This document shows positions 60,809-64,000 of a stretch of DNA of 64,000 nt, in pieces (the first letter of the stretch is position 1; every line of letters begins with the position of its first letter). The stretch lies in NCBI RefSeq assembly GCF_001194135.2, contig NC_068990.1, positions 44,942,379-45,006,378 on the forward strand, read 5' to 3'. Position numbers and translations under genes: made by a program. Origin of the DNA: Octopus bimaculoides (Eukaryota). The notes beneath the pieces are model-generated. The model saw nothing but the letters and a program-made list of their open reading frames with translations. It made no database searches and was not told the origin of the DNA.

Positions 60809-63629
60809 AGCACATACATATACACATAACAGGCTTCTTTCAGTTTCCATCTACCAAATCCATTCACAAGGCTTTGGTCAGCCCGAGGCTACAGTAGAAG
60901 GCACTTACCCAAAGTGCCACACAGTGGGGTTGAACCCAGAACCATGCAGTTGGGAAGCAAAATTCTTACCACACAACCATGTGTGTGCTATGATGTTAAT
61001 TTAAATTTTAATATCATTAGTCATGTAATGATTTTCCTTTTAATAATTTTCAGAACTGTCAGAAGCCACCGAGAAGGCAAGAGTGAGGATGAGTGGTGCA
61101 GCAGGAATGAACATTGAGAATGGTAGAAACATCTGACTCAATAAAGCTTGTGCTGTTCTGCATGAGCTTTGTCACCTATATTGACAGGTGGTACTGAGCA
61201 GCTCTGGTGTTGCAGTGGAAGGAACCAGAACACTCACAGAGCTGCTTTACCATCTGATGAGACATCAACTTCTGCATTTGAAGACAGAGTACAGCAGCAC
61301 CTTCAGCACACAAGTGTTTGCCCTATATTGTTATTATACACTGATATAGTCAGAGTATTGTTCCCATCTTGGTCTGTTTCAGCTACTGTACCCTCCAGCT
61401 TTTTTCAGATGTTTGTCATATTCAGTAATGTTATTTGAAATTTGGAACTAAACCCTTTGTTTAATTCCACAGGAGTAGATTGTTCCCATTCTATTGTTCA
61501 TAATAGAGATATTTTCCTTATTAGTTATTCTGCAACAAGTGATGTAACTAATTTGTTAATGATTTCAATCCCTTTTATTTGTTTCAGTCTTAGGACAGTA
61601 GCCATGCCAGAAGACCAGCTTGAAAATTTTAAGTTGAACAGTTTGACACTAGTAACTTATTTTTAAGTCTGGTACTTATTCTGCTGGTCCCTTTTGAAAG
61701 CCACTAAGTTATGAGAATGTAAACAAACCAACACTGGTTGTCATTCAGTCTGTGTGGAGGGGAAAAACACAAACACATATATGCACACATACACACACAC
61801 ACATATACAATGGGCTTCCACACAGTTCCTGTCAACTAAATTCACTCACGTGGTGCTGATCAGCCTAGAGCTTTAGAAGACATTTACTCAAGGTGCTATA
61901 CAGTAGGACTGAACCTGAAGCTACATGGTTGCAAAGCAATCTTTTTAAGCACACAGTCATGCCTGCACCTATATGTACAACTTTAGTTGGAACACAAAAA
62001 ACTAGGGGTATCACAATTTGAGAAGTTATAAATAGAACATCCCCAGTACAGACAATAGAATGAGGAAAATCTACTGACATGTATTTAATAAAGAGTTTGG
62101 TTCCAAACCTCAAACACCTTACCAAATATAACAGGCACCTGAAGAAGACTAGAAAATACAACAGCCAAAACTTTGCTACTATAACAACTAAGAATGAGGA
62201 AACCTTTCTGAATATATCAGGGCATAATAGTGTAGCTACAAGACATAGCATCAACTGGAAGTCATTTTACCAGTACCACGTAAAAAGTACACATGGCAGT
62301 GTCATGTAAGAAGCACTTATGCTGGTGCTATGTACAAGCATTCATGCTGGTGCTACATAAAAGCACTTGTGCTGGCGCCACATTCAAAGCACACAGCACA
62401 CACTGTAAAGTGGTTGGTGTTAGGAAAGGCATGCAACCATAAAAACCAAGCCAAATCAGGCTGGAACCTGGTGCAGTTCTCTAACTGCCAGTTCTGGTCA
62501 AACCATCCAACCCATGCCAGCATGGAAAACAGGATGATGAGGATGAACCAAAATTATACATTTAGAGTATTGAAGAGAGAGAGAGAGAGAGAGAGAGAGC
62601 ACCTATATATAGGTGTGTATCTTATATCATAGGTGAAATTTCCCACTATATTTCAGATGATGTAAGTTGGAGTAAGAAATAAAAAATAAGAGTTGCAAAA
62701 TGCAGCAAATGGCAGATTTATGCAAGTGAACTGAAGAACTCAAATTTTCATAATGTTATTCAAGAGAAACTAAAAACTAACCAGCTTCAGTGACAATGAA
62801 TATCTATCTAAAGCTATTAGAAATTTGGCATATTTAACTTAGTTCTACTGATAGTTTTGACATTTTCTGGTATTTCATGTCTCTTCTAAACCTTGACTGC
62901 TCTGTTGAACTTTAAATAGTCCTTTCAACTAAAGTTAAGTGGTAGCTGTAAACAAACAGATATATGATACTTATCTGCCAGAAAGTGAATGTAGTTTTCA
63001 ATAAGTCAAAATTTGCAACCATTTCATGGCCACTAAATCATTCAGATTAACTAATTTTGAAAATTTTATTTAAAGTGCAGCTGTGTGTAAGGAGTTTGCT
63101 TCCCAACCACATGGTTCCAGGATCAATTCTCTACTAGAGCTCTGGGCCAACCATAGCCTTGTGAGTGGGATTTCATGATATATATATACAGTATATCCCA
63201 GCTTATTTGTGGTCCCGGTTATTCATGGAACTAATAATTGTTCACAGAAACCACTGCATATTTGTGGAATCGCAAATATCGTCCATGATATTTTATGGCA
63301 TTTTTCCTGGCAATATATATTTTTTCACACTTTTTAAGGCTAAATTATTAATAATAATATACTGTATTTCCCAGCTTACTGGACACCCCTTCGCAGTTGA
63401 AGCTCCCTCTGATTAGAATAGCCACACATCACGTCGCTTGATTGTTTTAGATACAAGTACACTGCATCTTGTATCTCTTATTCCTGCTTTCAATCAAAGC
63501 TTGCTAATTAGTATAGCAACATCTATCTATATTTCACACATACACATGCTCTCTCCCTCTCTTGCTGTATTTGTCTCTCAACAACAACTTCTCATTGTAG
63601 TGAACATATATATATAAATATTGCAATAC

Positions 63630-64000
63630 CAACTGGTTTGCAATACCAGCTTCAGGAAACCTGCCTGCCACCTAGTCACCTACCGATCCGGCAGACACTC
63701 TAGCCAAATCGACTACATCCTCGCCAGAAATAAGGAAAGAGGGAGGCTTATAAATGCCAAAACCCTCCCTGGCGAAGAATGTACACCCCAACACAGATTA
63801 GTAGTCAGCGACTTCAAGATCAAGGCAATATGGGTGCCCAGAAGTAGACCGGCTTGGAGGAGAAGGGTATGGAAGCTTAAAGACCCTGCAAATGGACAGA
63901 GACTTAGAGACAAGTTACTTGAAGCATTTGACGAAATAGAAGGGGATATAGCATCATACAACGTGGAAGACAATTGGAGATTTCTGCGGGACAACTTGTT
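63630..64000 (+). mobile_element. RTE-clade LINE AP-endonuclease / linker, running off the window
   Basis: Open frame LVCNTSFRKPACHLVTYRSGRHSSQIDYIL..EECTPQHRLVVSDF..VWKLKD..NWRFLRDNL. Confidence 0.9.

Noticed and set aside
61020-61570. Minus-strand frame whose successive stops are TGA (selenoprotein-like) or a further iRhom exon
   Set aside because: Part of it is the decayed hammerhead-tail repeat, a TAA also interrupts the frame upstream, no SECIS or iRhom motif is present, and there are no matching splice sites; no iRhom exon was found between 60449 and 64000

Overview
AT-rich, repeat-dense animal genomic DNA with nine N-gaps. The SINE and RTE-LINE families and (GAT)n tails suggest a coleoid cephalopod, probably Octopus; this is inference from repeat style only. 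Two spliced genes on the minus strand were reconstructed by hand, with GT-AG boundaries and consistent phases. (1) The 3' 11 exons (575 aa plus stop) of an iRhom / inactive rhomboid (RHBDF1/2 orthologue), 60448->25050; its 5' exons lie beyond the window. (2) The first three coding exons of the 40S biogenesis factor LTV1, 7283->661; the rest lies left of the window. Much of the remainder is transposon-derived: a Penelope-like element, RTE and Tx1/L1 LINE remnants, mariner elements and several tRNA-derived SINE families. The most interesting signals are non-coding. (a) A palindromic element made of two back-to-back tRNA-like Pol III heads, each followed by a hammerhead-ribozyme module and a Penelope-like tail (35366-35853), with relatives at 55102-55303, 58301-58346 and 61325-62240. 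(b) An apparently intact type I hammerhead in the Penelope 3' region (5360-5443). (c) A seven-unit heat-shock element array plus TATA box on a CpG-rich insert, antisense in an iRhom intron (44126-44217). (d) An iRhom that keeps both catalytic Ser and His behind the GP motif. Repeat boundaries are approximate; exon boundaries were counted base by base.
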